54,177 bases of DNA from Deltaproteobacteria bacterium (GTDB lineage Bacteria; Desulfobacterota; GWC2-55-46; JADFVP01), in the NCBI GenBank assembly GCA_024275045.1, contig JAJRZX010000041.1, positions 1 to 54,177 on the forward strand, given 5' to 3'. Under the pieces are notes generated by a model, which saw nothing but the letters and a program-made list of their open reading frames with translations, did no database searches and had not been told where the DNA came from. The position numbers were made by a program, and so were the translations under genes. Each line of letters starts with the position of its first letter. Position 1 is the first letter of the stretch. Positions 29,060 to 39,057 of this stretch are shown here, piece by piece.

Positions 29060-29608
29060 TTAAACTTTCTCGCTGAAAATATCCGCCTCAAAGATGAATA
29101 TATTAACGTCCTCAGTCCAGCAGCCAGGCGCAAGCCCTGCCTTCATGCAGGTATGCTCAAGGAATGTCTCACGGTCAAAGTTATTTTCCGTTGCAACCTG
29201 CGGCAGCAGCACCCCTCTTGCGTAACCCTTCTCTATAAAAATTCCGTGGCGTCCAACCTCTATCTCGCTTACATCTTTAATCTTCCTCATGGCACTGAGT
29301 ACGGATATCTCAATGTGAATATTCGGCAGCTCTTCAAGCGTGAGAGGCGTAAAGCGGGGGTCGCTGAAGGCGGCGGAGTGTGCCATCTCTATTATATTCT
29401 CATAGAGGGGCAGCTCTGATGTGAAGTTGCCGATGCAACCCCTTAAGTGGTGGTTCTTATGCAGGGTGACAAATAGGCCGAGGCGTGCCTGCAGTGCGCT
29501 GCCCTCAGGTATTTTTACGGCTTTATAGTCCTCGCCGTTTAATGCGCTTGAAATCGCGGTTCTGGCAATAGAGAGCGCCAGTCTTTTCTCGTCTTCAGTA
29601 AGGGGCAT
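29060..29608 (-). CDS. AmmeMemoRadiSam system protein A (AMMECR1 family)
   Basis: GLFVTL...LRGCIG, AAFSDPRF, EISVLS, GVLLPQVA, TCMKAGL. Confidence 0.92.
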   Translation of the reverse strand: MPLTEDEKRLALSIARTAISSALNGEDYKAVKIPEGSALQARLGLFVTLHKNHHLRGCIGNFTSELPLYENIIEMAHSAAFSDPRFTPLTLEELPNIHIEISVLSAMRKIKDVSEIEVGRHGIFIEKGYARGVLLPQVATENNFDRETFLEHTCMKAGLAPGCWTEDVNIFIFEADIFSEKV

Positions 29609-29682
29609 CTTTAAAAATCCTTTGAGTTTTTTATGTCCATAGATTATCATATAATATTACATCAAAACAGCCTTTATAAGGA

Positions 29683-30615
29683 GTGCGGACCGTGAGAGAG
29701 GGCGTAGAAGAACTGATTGGGGAGATTAAGGCCCTTCTAAAAGAAAAAAACGCCTTAATGCTCGCCCATAATTATCAGAGAGACGAGATACAGGCCATAG
29801 CTGATATTACCGGTGATTCACTTGCCTTAAGTCAGGCCGCGGCGGACTCAGATGCCGATATAATAGTCTTTTGCGGCGTACACTTTATGGCTGAGAGCGC
29901 CGCTATACTGGCGCCTGAAAAAAAGGTCATTCTGCCCCGTTACGACGCTGGGTGCCCAATGGCGGATATGATAACCGCGGAGCAGCTTCAGGTGGAGATA
30001 GACAAGAGGCCGGGCGTTCCTGTTGTGGCCTATGTAAATACAAGCGCAGCGGTAAAGGCCCTCAGTTACATATGCTGCACCTCTGCCAATGCCGCTCATG
30101 TAGTTGATTCCCTTACCGCCGAGTCTGTGTATATGATACCCGACAGAAACCTCAGCGAGTACGTATCGCATCATACGAAGAAAAAAATGGAGTGGTGGGA
30201 CGGGTACTGCCCCACACATGAGAGGCTCACCCTTGCCCATATACTGCAAGTAAGAGCGGAGAACCCGGGAAGCGTATTTGTCTGCCACCCCGAGTGCACC
30301 CCTGAGGTCATTGATAACGCTGATTACGTCTGCTCCACCTCGGGCATGTACAAGTTCGCACGCGAGACTGAGGCAAAGACCATTATCGTTGGTACGGAGC
30401 TGGGCATACTTTACAGACTTAAAAAAGAAAACCCCGGGAAAAAATTCATCATCCCCTCAGAGGGTCTCATATGCCCCAATATGAAGCTCACCAACCTTGA
30501 GGACGTGCTGGAGAGCCTCTCTGAGGAAAAAAACATAGTCACCGTGCCGGAAGAGGTGAGAGTTAAGGCAATAGCGTCCCTTGAGAGGATGTTGGCCGTA
30601 CCGCGCGATTATTGA
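29683..30615 (+). CDS. nadA: Quinolinate synthase
   Basis: [44 protein letters not shown]. Confidence 0.97.
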   Translation: MRTVREGVEELIGEIKALLKEKNALMLAHNYQRDEIQAIADITGDSLALSQAAADSDADIIVFCGVHFMAESAAILAPEKKVILPRYDAGCPMADMITAEQLQVEIDKRPGVPVVAYVNTSAAVKALSYICCTSANAAHVVDSLTAESVYMIPDRNLSEYVSHHTKKKMEWWDGYCPTHERLTLAHILQVRAENPGSVFVCHPECTPEVIDNADYVCSTSGMYKFARETEAKTIIVGTELGILYRLKKENPGKKFIIPSEGLICPNMKLTNLEDVLESLSEEKNIVTVPEEVRVKAIASLERMLAVPRDY

Positions 30616-30657
30616 TCCTTTAGCAGACAGATACATACGGGAGCAAGAGGTGCAGAT

Positions 30658-31026
30658 ATGGCCAAGACAACAATAACCTACCGGAACACTCTTGACCTTA
30701 AGAGCAAAGGCAGGTGGCAGCCCGTTAAGGGCCTTGAGGGTATGGTGGAAGAGCTCACCCTTGGTATGGATGATAAAACAGGCGAGTATACGCGTTTGAC
30801 GCGTTTTGAACCAGGCGCCGATACCGCGGCCTTTGGCGGCAAGAGCCATACTTATCCCGAAGAGGTCTTTATTGTGAGCGGACGCCTCTATGACAGGGCC
30901 TTTCAGATGTGGCTTGAGACAGGTTGTTACGCGTCCCGTCCCCCCGGCGAGGTGCATGGCCCGTTCAGGATAGAGCAGGGCTGTGTTGTACTTGAAGTTT
31001 CTTTTCCAAATAAGACCAACGAGTAG
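30658..31026 (+). CDS. ChrR-like cupin domain protein
   Basis: TRLTRFEPG, HTYPEEVFIVSG, YASRPPGEVHGPF. Confidence 0.8.
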   Translation: MAKTTITYRNTLDLKSKGRWQPVKGLEGMVEELTLGMDDKTGEYTRLTRFEPGADTAAFGGKSHTYPEEVFIVSGRLYDRAFQMWLETGCYASRPPGEVHGPFRIEQGCVVLEVSFPNKTNE

Positions 31027-31279
31027 TCATGGCCGCCGCCTCATGCGCCCATGAGGGTGTGCTTTGAAATCTTGCCTCTATCCCAGCTTTATGTTATATA
31101 TTTAAAGTTACATGTAAGTCCGTTCTTCTTTGAGCTTACCTTTTTAAAAGATAAATTGTTCCCTGTCTCTTGAGAGTGATATGCACCTTGCGCCTTTTTA
31201 CGGACGCGCCATGTCATCTTATATTGTAAAATACAGAGACCCTCTCGGCAATTGACGTAATAAGCGAGGATTAATAGAG

Positions 31280-33040
31280 TTGGCAACCGCTCTTAAAGAT
31301 TTTTTTGTGAGGATTACAGGGCCCAAGAGTCCTCTGTCTTTTATCTCTTCATCGGCTAAATCCATGCTCGTGCTCTCGGCCATCGTGGGCGTTGGCGCAG
31401 GGCTTGCCGCTGTTTTCTTCCGCTGGATGCTGGATTTTTTCCACGTCTTTTTTTTCGTCACCCTGTACGGCTGGCTCTCTTTTATGGGGCCCTATGCCGT
31501 TATTATCATCCCAGCCATCGGTGCGGTGCTCTTTGGCCCCATTATATACTTCTTTGCCCGTGAGGCAAAGGGCCACGGCGTGCCGGAGGTAATGCTGGCC
31601 ATGGAGCGCGACGGCGGCAGGATAAGGCCAAGGGTGGCCCTTGTAAAGTCACTTGCCTCATCACTCTGCATAGGTTCGGGAGGTTCTGCCGGCAGAGAAG
31701 GCCCTGTTGTGCAGCTGGGCTCCGCGCTGGGCTCAACCCTTGGGCAAATCTTTCACCTTAAAGACGAGAAGGTGAAAAACCTCGTGGCATGCGGTGCGGC
31801 AGCGGGCATTGCCGCCACCTTTAACGCTCCCATAGGCGGGCTTTTCTTCGCGCTGGAGGTAATCCTCAGAGATTTTTCTACACGCAGAATCGGCAACGTC
31901 GTCATCGCATCGGTGACCGCAAGCGTTGTGGCAAAGATACTGCTTGGCAGCGAACACTTCATAACAGCCCCGGCCTACTCCATAAACAGCCCCGTGGAGC
32001 TGCTCTTTTATATTGCCCTCGGTCTTATTATCGCTCCCATTGCCATTCTTTTTGTACGGTCTTTATACAAGTTCGAGGACATCTTCGATAGCCTGAAAAC
32101 GCACGACCTTGTTAAACCCGTTATCGGCGCCCTTGCCCTTGGAGTTATCGGGCTCTTTTTCCCGCAGGTCTTCGGCGTTGGTTATGAGAACATCGAGGGG
32201 GCCGTAAACGCCACTATGCTTTTTCATGTAATTCTCATCCTCGTCCCCCTTAAGATGTTGGCCGTATGTTTCACCCTTGGCAGCGGCGGATCAGGCGGGG
32301 TCTTTGCCCCTTCTCTTGTTATGGGCTCCCTTGTTGGCGGGGCCTTTGGCATGATACTCTCCTTTGTCTTTCCCGGCCTCGGCATAGAGCCAGGTGCCTA
32401 TGCACTTGTGGGCATGGCGGCTTTTTTTGCAGGCTCGGCCCATGCGCCCATGGCGGCATTCCTTATTATGTTTGAGCTTACAGGTGATTATCTCATAATA
32501 CTGCCACTCATGTTGGCCGTTACCATTACCACGGCGTTTTCCGAGAAGCTTCACCGTGAGTCCATATACACGCTTAAACTCATAAGGCGCGGCATCAATA
32601 TAAAGAAAGAACGGGTGCGCGATATTATGGAGAGTATTAAGATAGGGGAAATCCTCGGCAAGATGGGGGCCTCAGTGCTGCCCTCGGCCCCTATTGATGA
32701 GATTATTGAGCTTGTGGAAAAAGAAAATCGCGCAAGTCTTACCGTTGTTGACAGTGACGGAGAGTATCACGGCCTTATAACCATTGACGCTATTATAACG
32801 CTGCTTCGGCACAGCGAGTCTCTGCAGTATGTTGTGGTTGCAGGGGATATCGCCAAAAATGTACCCTGTATCGCAGAGTCGGCCTCTCTTAAAGAGGCGA
32901 TGAAGAGCCTTGTGGAGAGCGGCATGGATATCCTGCCGGTTGTAAGAAAGGTGGATGACGGGACAAAACTTACGGGCACCATCTCCAAACACGATCTGCT
33001 AAGCGCGTACAGGCGAGAGGTCTCTGTGCGAAGAGGGTAG
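31280..33040 (+). CDS. CLC anion channel/antiporter with CBS pair (copy 2)
   Basis: GHGVPE, GREGP, GAAAGIAATFNAP, GGVFAP, SIYT, CBS domains. Confidence 0.95.
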   Translation: MATALKDFFVRITGPKSPLSFISSSAKSMLVLSAIVGVGAGLAAVFFRWMLDFFHVFFFVTLYGWLSFMGPYAVIIIPAIGAVLFGPIIYFFAREAKGHGVPEVMLAMERDGGRIRPRVALVKSLASSLCIGSGGSAGREGPVVQLGSALGSTLGQIFHLKDEKVKNLVACGAAAGIAATFNAPIGGLFFALEVILRDFSTRRIGNVVIASVTASVVAKILLGSEHFITAPAYSINSPVELLFYIALGLIIAPIAILFVRSLYKFEDIFDSLKTHDLVKPVIGALALGVIGLFFPQVFGVGYENIEGAVNATMLFHVILILVPLKMLAVCFTLGSGGSGGVFAPSLVMGSLVGGAFGMILSFVFPGLGIEPGAYALVGMAAFFAGSAHAPMAAFLIMFELTGDYLIILPLMLAVTITTAFSEKLHRESIYTLKLIRRGINIKKERVRDIMESIKIGEILGKMGASVLPSAPIDEIIELVEKENRASLTVVDSDGEYHGLITIDAIITLLRHSESLQYVVVAGDIAKNVPCIAESASLKEAMKSLVESGMDILPVVRKVDDGTKLTGTISKHDLLSAYRREVSVRRG

Positions 33041-33189
33041 TCATCTGCCGCCCCCCCCCCCTCTGTATCTCCCTGCTATTATACATGCGCAGTTCCCGTG
33101 CAGGTGCTGCGGATAAATACTTTACTCTTAAGGTAAAGGAGACGCGCCGCCTCCCCCTCTAAAGCTTCATTATAAAATCAATTCTATTC

Positions 33190-33218
33190 TTGACAAAGGC
33201 ATTGATATTTTATATCAT
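33190..33218 (+). promoter_or_regulatory. Sigma70 promoter of the act operon with an overlapping palindromic operator
   Basis: TTGACA-17-TATCAT; perfect inverted repeat TGATAT-TTT-ATATCA at 33203-33217 overlaps the -10. Confidence 0.65.
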
Positions 33219-33412
33219 CCCACAAACAGTTATACTTTTTATGATTTAATGCCTTGCCGTTGCACTCCTTTTCCATAGTCCGCAAAAAATTAGCGGAAGG
33301 GAGAATCGTCTGCGAAACTCATCGTAGGGCTTTTAGTTATCGCAGGGTTGTATTGCAGCATGAGGCAAGGGTAAGGATAGACTCTTATAACTCTATTTAA
33401 GAAGCTACGTCC

Positions 33413-33925
33413 ATGATCCTGAAAAAACTCGTCATATTGGCGGCAGTATTTTTCGTGGCCTTTGTCATAGGCTACGGCATTGATGCCGCTCTTCGCACGG
33501 ATCTTGATCCTGTGCAGCCCATAAAATTCAGCCATAAGATACATGCAGGCACAAACGAGATACCGTGTCAGTTCTGCCATATTTACGCCGAGAGGTCCCG
33601 TGTCTCCGGTGTGCCTAATGTGCAGCGCTGCATGGGGTGCCACAAGATTATTAAGACAGAGAGCCCTGAGATAAAGAAACTCACGGCATACTGGGATAAA
33701 AGAGAACCAATTCCGTGGACAAAAGTACATAATCTCCCCGATTATGTCTACTTCCCCCACAAAAGGCATATAAGGGCAGGGCGTAAATGCGCTGATTGCC
33801 ACGGCGACATCGCTTCCATGGACAGGGTAAGACGCGTCTCCTCTTTGCAGATGGGGTGGTGCCTGCAATGCCACAAGAAGTACGATGTTAAGAACGGTCA
33901 GGCATGCTGGACCTGTCACATATAA
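33413..33925 (+). CDS. actA: Pentaheme cytochrome c, ActA/QrcA-type
   Basis: N-terminal TM, QPIKFSHKIHAG, five CxxCH (CQFCH, CMGCH, CADCH, CLQCH, CWTCH), LPDYVYFPH. Confidence 0.9.
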   Translation: MILKKLVILAAVFFVAFVIGYGIDAALRTDLDPVQPIKFSHKIHAGTNEIPCQFCHIYAERSRVSGVPNVQRCMGCHKIIKTESPEIKKLTAYWDKREPIPWTKVHNLPDYVYFPHKRHIRAGRKCADCHGDIASMDRVRRVSSLQMGWCLQCHKKYDVKNGQACWTCHI

Positions 33926-34110
33926 GGCGTGGGGGGTAGTTGCGGGTGCGGGGAGCCTTGTCTAAGACGGGCAGCTAAAGGGGCCGGGGCGATACGGTTG
34001 GGGATGAGTTAGCAAGGGGAGTGAGGATCAGGGGAGGCTTTAAGGTCTGTCTGTAACGGGTCAGTGAGAGAGAAGGGCCTTTAAATATACAGTTTTTTAT
34101 CGGACAAAAG

Positions 34111-36411
34111 ATGAAACGTAGAGATTTTCTAAAATATATCGGAGTGGGCGGCGCAGGCGTAGTTCTCGGCGGGGTTTTTGGCAAGATCTCAAGGCCGCCG
34201 GGTGCAAAGCTTATCCCCTACCTTATCCCGCCTGAGGATATTATCCCCGGCGTGGGGGCATGGTATTCCAGCCTCTGCACGCAGTGCCCTGCGGGCTGCG
34301 GCACCGTGGTAAAGGTCATGGACGGCAGGGCCAAGAAGGTAGAGGGCAACCCTCTGCATCCGGTGAACAAGGGAAAGCTCTGCGCAAGGGGGCAGGCAGG
34401 TCTTCAGGCCCTATATAACCCGGATCGCATAAAGGCGCCCATGAAGAGAAAGGGCACCCGCGGTAACGGCAAGCCCGGAGAATTTGAAGAAATATCATGG
34501 GAGCGGGCATTAAAGATTCTTTCCGCCAATATTAAGGACCTCTCAGATAAGGGCGAGGCAGAGGGGGTTTATCTCCGTACCAATACAGTTCGCGGTCATC
34601 TGGATAAGCTTTTTGGCGGATTCATGGAGAGCCTTGGTTCACCCAATTACAGCCAGTACGAGCTCTATGATTACAGGAGCCTGCGTTTTGCCAATAAGGC
34701 GGCCTTTGCCATTGACGCCATACCTCATTACGATATTGCCAACGCCTCCATGGTACTCTCCTTTGGGGCTGATTTTAACAGCACCTGGATATCTCCGGTT
34801 AACTACGGTTATGCTTACGGCGAGATGCGCCAGGGCAGCGGAGTAAGAGGCAGGCTCGTTCATGTGGAGCCGCGTATGTCCCTCACCGGCGCCAATGCCG
34901 ATGAGTGGGTGCCCATAAGGCCGGGTACAGAGGGCATCTTCGCCCTCTCCATAGCATACGCGATTCTGGACGCCGGGCTTTATTCCGGTAAGGACGTGGC
35001 AAAGTGGAAGACAGCCCTTGCGGGTTTTTCCCCATCAGCTACGGCAAGGACAACAGATGTGGCCGCAGCAAGGACGCTTAAGCTTGCAAAGGAGTTTGCC
35101 GCAGCTGAGAGGCCCCTTGCCATAGGCGGAGAGGTTGTTGCAGGTTATGATAACGGCGTAAGCAGCCTGCTTGCCGTAAATATATTAAATTACCTCGGCG
35201 GCGGCACCGGCGCTAAAGGCGGTATCATACCTAACCCTGATGAGCTCTTTTTTGCCGACGGCACTCAAGAGATGGACTTTGAGAGAGGCATCGCGGGTTT
35301 TGTTAAAGACGCGGCCTCCTCAAAAGTTAAAGTCCTTATGCTTCATAACACAAATCCGCTCTTTACCACCTCGCCGAAACTCGGCCTGGAGCTTGCGCTT
35401 AAAAAAGTGCCCTTTATATGCGCCATGACATCTTTTATGGATGAGACCTCGGCCATGGCCGACCTTATCCTGCCCCTGCATACCTCTTTTGAGGAGTGGG
35501 GCGATGACTTTACCAATCCTGCCGTGGGCGCGCCTGTGGCTACTCTCATGCAGCCCGTTGTAAGCCCTGTCTTTAATACCAGGGGGGCGGGAGACATCTT
35601 CGTGGCGCTTGCCAGCGCTATTGGCGGTAAAGTGGCCGAGGACCACCACTGGATGAGTTATGCCGAGTATCTCCGTGCGGCCTGGAATGATTTATATGAT
35701 AAGAACGCTGAGATCTCACGCGGAACCCTTACCTTTGACGGGTTCTGGAACAAGCTTCTGCAGGAGGGCGGCTGGTGGAAGAAGGCCGTTAATCCGTCTG
35801 GAGTTAAGGCCCTTTCAACTACGCCTAAAAAGGTGGGCAAGGGGCTCTTCGCCAAACCTGCCAAGTTTGCCGGCAAGATGTCTGATTATCCCCTCTACCT
35901 TATGCTCTACCCTCAGGCAGGGCACCTTGACGGGCGCGGGGCTAACCTGCCCTGGCTCCAGGAGCTGCCCGACCCCATTACCACGGTGGTTTGGGGAAGC
36001 TGGGTAGAGATAAACCCCGTAACAGCAAAGCAGCTTGGCTTTAAAGAAGGCGATAAGGTAAGGATTGAGTCCCCCTATGGTTCCATCAAGGCATTTGTCT
36101 TTCCATACGCCGGGATCAGGCCCGATACAGTGGCCCTCCCCATAGGGCAGGGACACAAGCTCTACGGCAGGTACGCCAAGGGCCGCGGTGTTAACCCCAT
36201 TGAGATAATTCCCGCTGTGGCGGATAAAGACTCCGGTGCCATGGCCCTTAACTGCACACGCGTGAAGGTAGAGCACTCCGGAGGCTCGGGACGCCTTGTT
36301 AAGATTGAGCCCACGGCCAAGGAGCACGGCAAGCCCACTCAGCACGGCAGGCCCATTGTGCAGACTATTACCAGCCGCGAGTATAAAAGACTTAAAAAGG
36401 AGACTACATAA
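34111..36411 (+). CDS. Molybdopterin-oxidoreductase-like subunit of alternative complex III (ActB1/QrcB-like), Tat-exported
   Basis: MKRRDFLK Tat motif, IPYLIPPEDIIPG, CTQCPAGC-x27-C, ANLPWLQELPDP.T..W. Confidence 0.88.
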   Translation: MKRRDFLKYIGVGGAGVVLGGVFGKISRPPGAKLIPYLIPPEDIIPGVGAWYSSLCTQCPAGCGTVVKVMDGRAKKVEGNPLHPVNKGKLCARGQAGLQALYNPDRIKAPMKRKGTRGNGKPGEFEEISWERALKILSANIKDLSDKGEAEGVYLRTNTVRGHLDKLFGGFMESLGSPNYSQYELYDYRSLRFANKAAFAIDAIPHYDIANASMVLSFGADFNSTWISPVNYGYAYGEMRQGSGVRGRLVHVEPRMSLTGANADEWVPIRPGTEGIFALSIAYAILDAGLYSGKDVAKWKTALAGFSPSATARTTDVAAARTLKLAKEFAAAERPLAIGGEVVAGYDNGVSSLLAVNILNYLGGGTGAKGGIIPNPDELFFADGTQEMDFERGIAGFVKDAASSKVKVLMLHNTNPLFTTSPKLGLELALKKVPFICAMTSFMDETSAMADLILPLHTSFEEWGDDFTNPAVGAPVATLMQPVVSPVFNTRGAGDIFVALASAIGGKVAEDHHWMSYAEYLRAAWNDLYDKNAEISRGTLTFDGFWNKLLQEGGWWKKAVNPSGVKALSTTPKKVGKGLFAKPAKFAGKMSDYPLYLMLYPQAGHLDGRGANLPWLQELPDPITTVVWGSWVEINPVTAKQLGFKEGDKVRIESPYGSIKAFVFPYAGIRPDTVALPIGQGHKLYGRYAKGRGVNPIEIIPAVADKDSGAMALNCTRVKVEHSGGSGRLVKIEPTAKEHGKPTQHGRPIVQTITSREYKRLKKETT

Positions 36412-37170
36412 GTGTCCGGTGTGATAGATAAGATAAAAGAGCGCCTCAAGGACTTCAGGAGGCCCGGTTATTATAAGGAGTTCGATCACCACTACGCCAT
36501 TGTCATTGACGTGGACAGGTGCAACGGATGCGAGGCATGCGTGGTATCCTGTTACGCAGAGAACAACCTGCCCGTTGTAGGCGAGCAGGGCTGTGAGGAC
36601 AACAGGGTATTTAACTGGCTCCGGATAGAGCGCTACATTGAGGGCGAGTACCCTGATGTGAAGGTCAAATTCATCCCCGTAATGTGCCAGCAGTGCGACG
36701 CCGCTCCATGTGAGATAGGTTGCCCGGTTTACGCCACCTATCACAATCAGGACGGGCTTAATGTGCAGGTCTACAACCGCTGCGTGGGTACCTTTACCTG
36801 CGCCACATACTGCCCTTATGATGTGAGGCGTTTTAACTGGTTCAGCTACAAATGGGATAAACCCCTTGATGAGCAGCTGAACCCCGATGTTACGGTACGC
36901 GAGATGGGTGTTATGGAAAAATGCACCTTCTGCATCCAGAGAATAAGAGGCGTCAACGATAAGGCCAAGGACGGGAAGAGAAAGGTAAAGGACGGCGAGA
37001 TTCAGACCGCGTGCGCCCAGTCCTGTCCCACCGGGGCCATTACATTTGGAGATTTAATGGACCCCGAGAGTAAGGTCTCAAAACTGGCGGCAAGCAAGCG
37101 CGGGTATAAGCTCTTTGAGAACCTTGAGACCAAACCATCTGTCATCTACCTGAAAAGGGTAATGGATTAA
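36412..37170 (+). CDS. Fe-S subunit of alternative complex III (ActB2/QrcC-like)
   Basis: CNGCEAC..C, CQQC..PC..CP, RCVGTFTC..CPY (Thr for Cys, [3Fe-4S] type), MEKCTFC; AAGGAG RBS before GTG. Confidence 0.9.
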   Translation: MSGVIDKIKERLKDFRRPGYYKEFDHHYAIVIDVDRCNGCEACVVSCYAENNLPVVGEQGCEDNRVFNWLRIERYIEGEYPDVKVKFIPVMCQQCDAAPCEIGCPVYATYHNQDGLNVQVYNRCVGTFTCATYCPYDVRRFNWFSYKWDKPLDEQLNPDVTVREMGVMEKCTFCIQRIRGVNDKAKDGKRKVKDGEIQTACAQSCPTGAITFGDLMDPESKVSKLAASKRGYKLFENLETKPSVIYLKRVMD

Positions 37171-38555
37171 TGTCTAATAACGAGTCCAAGAGGGTTATAC
37201 CATACAGCGAAGTTAACGACGACGTACTTCGCACCATGACCAAGACAGGCCCGGGCTACTACGTGGCCCTTGTGGTCTGCTTTTTACTTGCCGCAGGGCT
37301 CTGGGGCGGCGCGTGGTTTTATCAGATTTACGTAGGTCAGGGAGTCTCCGGGCTGCAGACCCCGGCTTTCTGGGGCATCTATATCGCCAACTTCATCTTC
37401 TGGATAGGTATCAGCCATTCGGGCACCCTGCTATCTGCCATTCTATTCATAACGCAGACCCCGTGGCGTAGATCTATTTACCGAAGCGCCGAGGCCATGA
37501 CGTTTTTCTCCGTTATGACGGCGGCTATCTTTATCTTTGTTCATATGGGCAGACCCTGGAATTTTTACTGGACCATGCCGTATCCCAACCAGCGGCTCCT
37601 CTGGGTGAACTTCCTCTCTCCCCTTATGTTTGATGTTCTTGCCATCAGCACATATGCCACGTCTTCCATGATATTCCTTTACTTCGGTTCAATACCGGAT
37701 CTTGCCGCCGTAAGGGACAGGACCACAGGCTGGAGAAGAGAGTTCTACGGATGGCTCTCTCTGGGCTGGAGAGGTACGGACGCGGAGTGGCACTGGCTTA
37801 ATAAGGCATACGGCTTCTTCGCAGTCTTTATTATCCCACTTGCCGTATCCGTGCACTCCATTGTCTCATGGGACCTTGCCCTCTCCATGGTGCCGGCCCT
37901 TAATAAGACGATATTCGCCCCGTACTTTGTTGTTGGAGCCATATACTCGGGCTCCGCGGCTATTGTTACCCTTATGATATTTGTGAGAAAGTTCCTTAAG
38001 GTGGAGAAATACATCACCATCGACCACCTCTCAAAGCTCTGCATGCTCCTTCTTGTAATGTCCCTTATATGGAGCTATATCAACGTCATGGAGGTCTTTA
38101 CGGGTTGGTACGCCAATACCAATTATGAGAATGAGGCCATGATCTACCGTATGTTCAAGAGCCCCATTGCTATTATATACTGGCTCATGATAGCGACAAA
38201 CACTGTTGCGCCTCTCTTCCTTATGTTTAGAAGCATAAGAAGGTGCGTGCCTATAATATTTTTCATATCCATCGGTATAAACGTGGGCATGTGGATAGAG
38301 AGGTATCTTCTCGTTGTATCCACTCTGCCGAGAAAGTACTTCCCCTTCATGTGGAACAGTTATCTGCCGAGCCTTGCGGAAATATCCATGACAGTGGGCT
38401 CGTTCTTTTTCTTTGCCGTATTATTTCTGCTCTTTATTAAACTATGGCCCAGTATCTCTATCTACGAGGTTAAGGAAGATATAGGGATACCCAGGAAAAA
38501 GCCTCATACAAAGGAAATGGATCATGAAGATGGCTCCCCTACTTGGTATATATAA
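37170..38555 (+). CDS. actC: NrfD/PsrC-family quinol-binding subunit ActC
   Basis: WGIYIANFIFWIGISHSGTLLSAIL, HMGRPW, SPLMFD, SVHSIVSWD, PYFVVGAIYSG, GMWIERY. Confidence 0.92.
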   Translation: MSNNESKRVIPYSEVNDDVLRTMTKTGPGYYVALVVCFLLAAGLWGGAWFYQIYVGQGVSGLQTPAFWGIYIANFIFWIGISHSGTLLSAILFITQTPWRRSIYRSAEAMTFFSVMTAAIFIFVHMGRPWNFYWTMPYPNQRLLWVNFLSPLMFDVLAISTYATSSMIFLYFGSIPDLAAVRDRTTGWRREFYGWLSLGWRGTDAEWHWLNKAYGFFAVFIIPLAVSVHSIVSWDLALSMVPALNKTIFAPYFVVGAIYSGSAAIVTLMIFVRKFLKVEKYITIDHLSKLCMLLLVMSLIWSYINVMEVFTGWYANTNYENEAMIYRMFKSPIAIIYWLMIATNTVAPLFLMFRSIRRCVPIIFFISIGINVGMWIERYLLVVSTLPRKYFPFMWNSYLPSLAEISMTVGSFFFFAVLFLLFIKLWPSISIYEVKEDIGIPRKKPHTKEMDHEDGSPTWYI

Positions 38556-39057
38556 GCACGCCGATACCATGATGGAAGCGGCCGACAAGCTGCAGAACAC
38601 GGGGTATGAGGTGACGCTGTTCTCGCCTGTGCCGCTGGGCCATGAGCCCGAGTACAGCGCCGTTCAGCAGCGCCATAATTATGTGCGCTACTTTACCCTC
38701 TTCGGCGGGGTAGCAGGTTTTATCTTCGGTATTTTGCTTACTCTGGGCACGGCCGTTATGTATATACTTCCAAGGGGCGGAAAACCGGTCTTTGCCATGA
38801 CACCAACCCTGCTTATCTCTTACGAGACAGCCATACTCTTTGGTGTTCTCTGGACCTTAATGGGTTTTCTTGTTATCGCAAAGCTACCCTATTACGGGAA
38901 AGACAGGCTGTACGACCCTGTGGTTAATGTAGATGGTTTTGGTCTTCTTGTTGATGGAATCCGTGATGATATGTACGATGTGGTCGAGGGGGTACTCAGA
39001 GAATTCGGGGCCCACGAGGTTAGACTCCTTACACGCGGGATAGAAGAAGAGGCTTGA
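38524..39057 (+). CDS. actD: ActD (DUF3341) membrane subunit
   Basis: FSPVPL, two TM helices, GGKP...P...YE..ILF; follows actC. Confidence 0.85.
   Translation: MKMAPLLGIYKHADTMMEAADKLQNTGYEVTLFSPVPLGHEPEYSAVQQRHNYVRYFTLFGGVAGFIFGILLTLGTAVMYILPRGGKPVFAMTPTLLISYETAILFGVLWTLMGFLVIAKLPYYGKDRLYDPVVNVDGFGLLVDGIRDDMYDVVEGVLREFGAHEVRLLTRGIEEEA

Noticed and set aside
33290-33919. 209-aa minus-strand ORF over actA
   Set aside because: Antisense shadow of the pentaheme cytochrome gene; no recognisable motif.
36409-36414. Stop-codon readthrough (Sec/Pyl) joining ActB1 and ActB2
   Set aside because: The stop is TAA, not TGA or TAG, and B2 has its own AAGGAG RBS.
35815-36744. 309-aa minus-strand ORF over actB1/B2
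   Set aside because: Antisense shadow of well-supported genes; the same applies to the long antisense ORFs within the activase, recJ, ubiB and actF genes.
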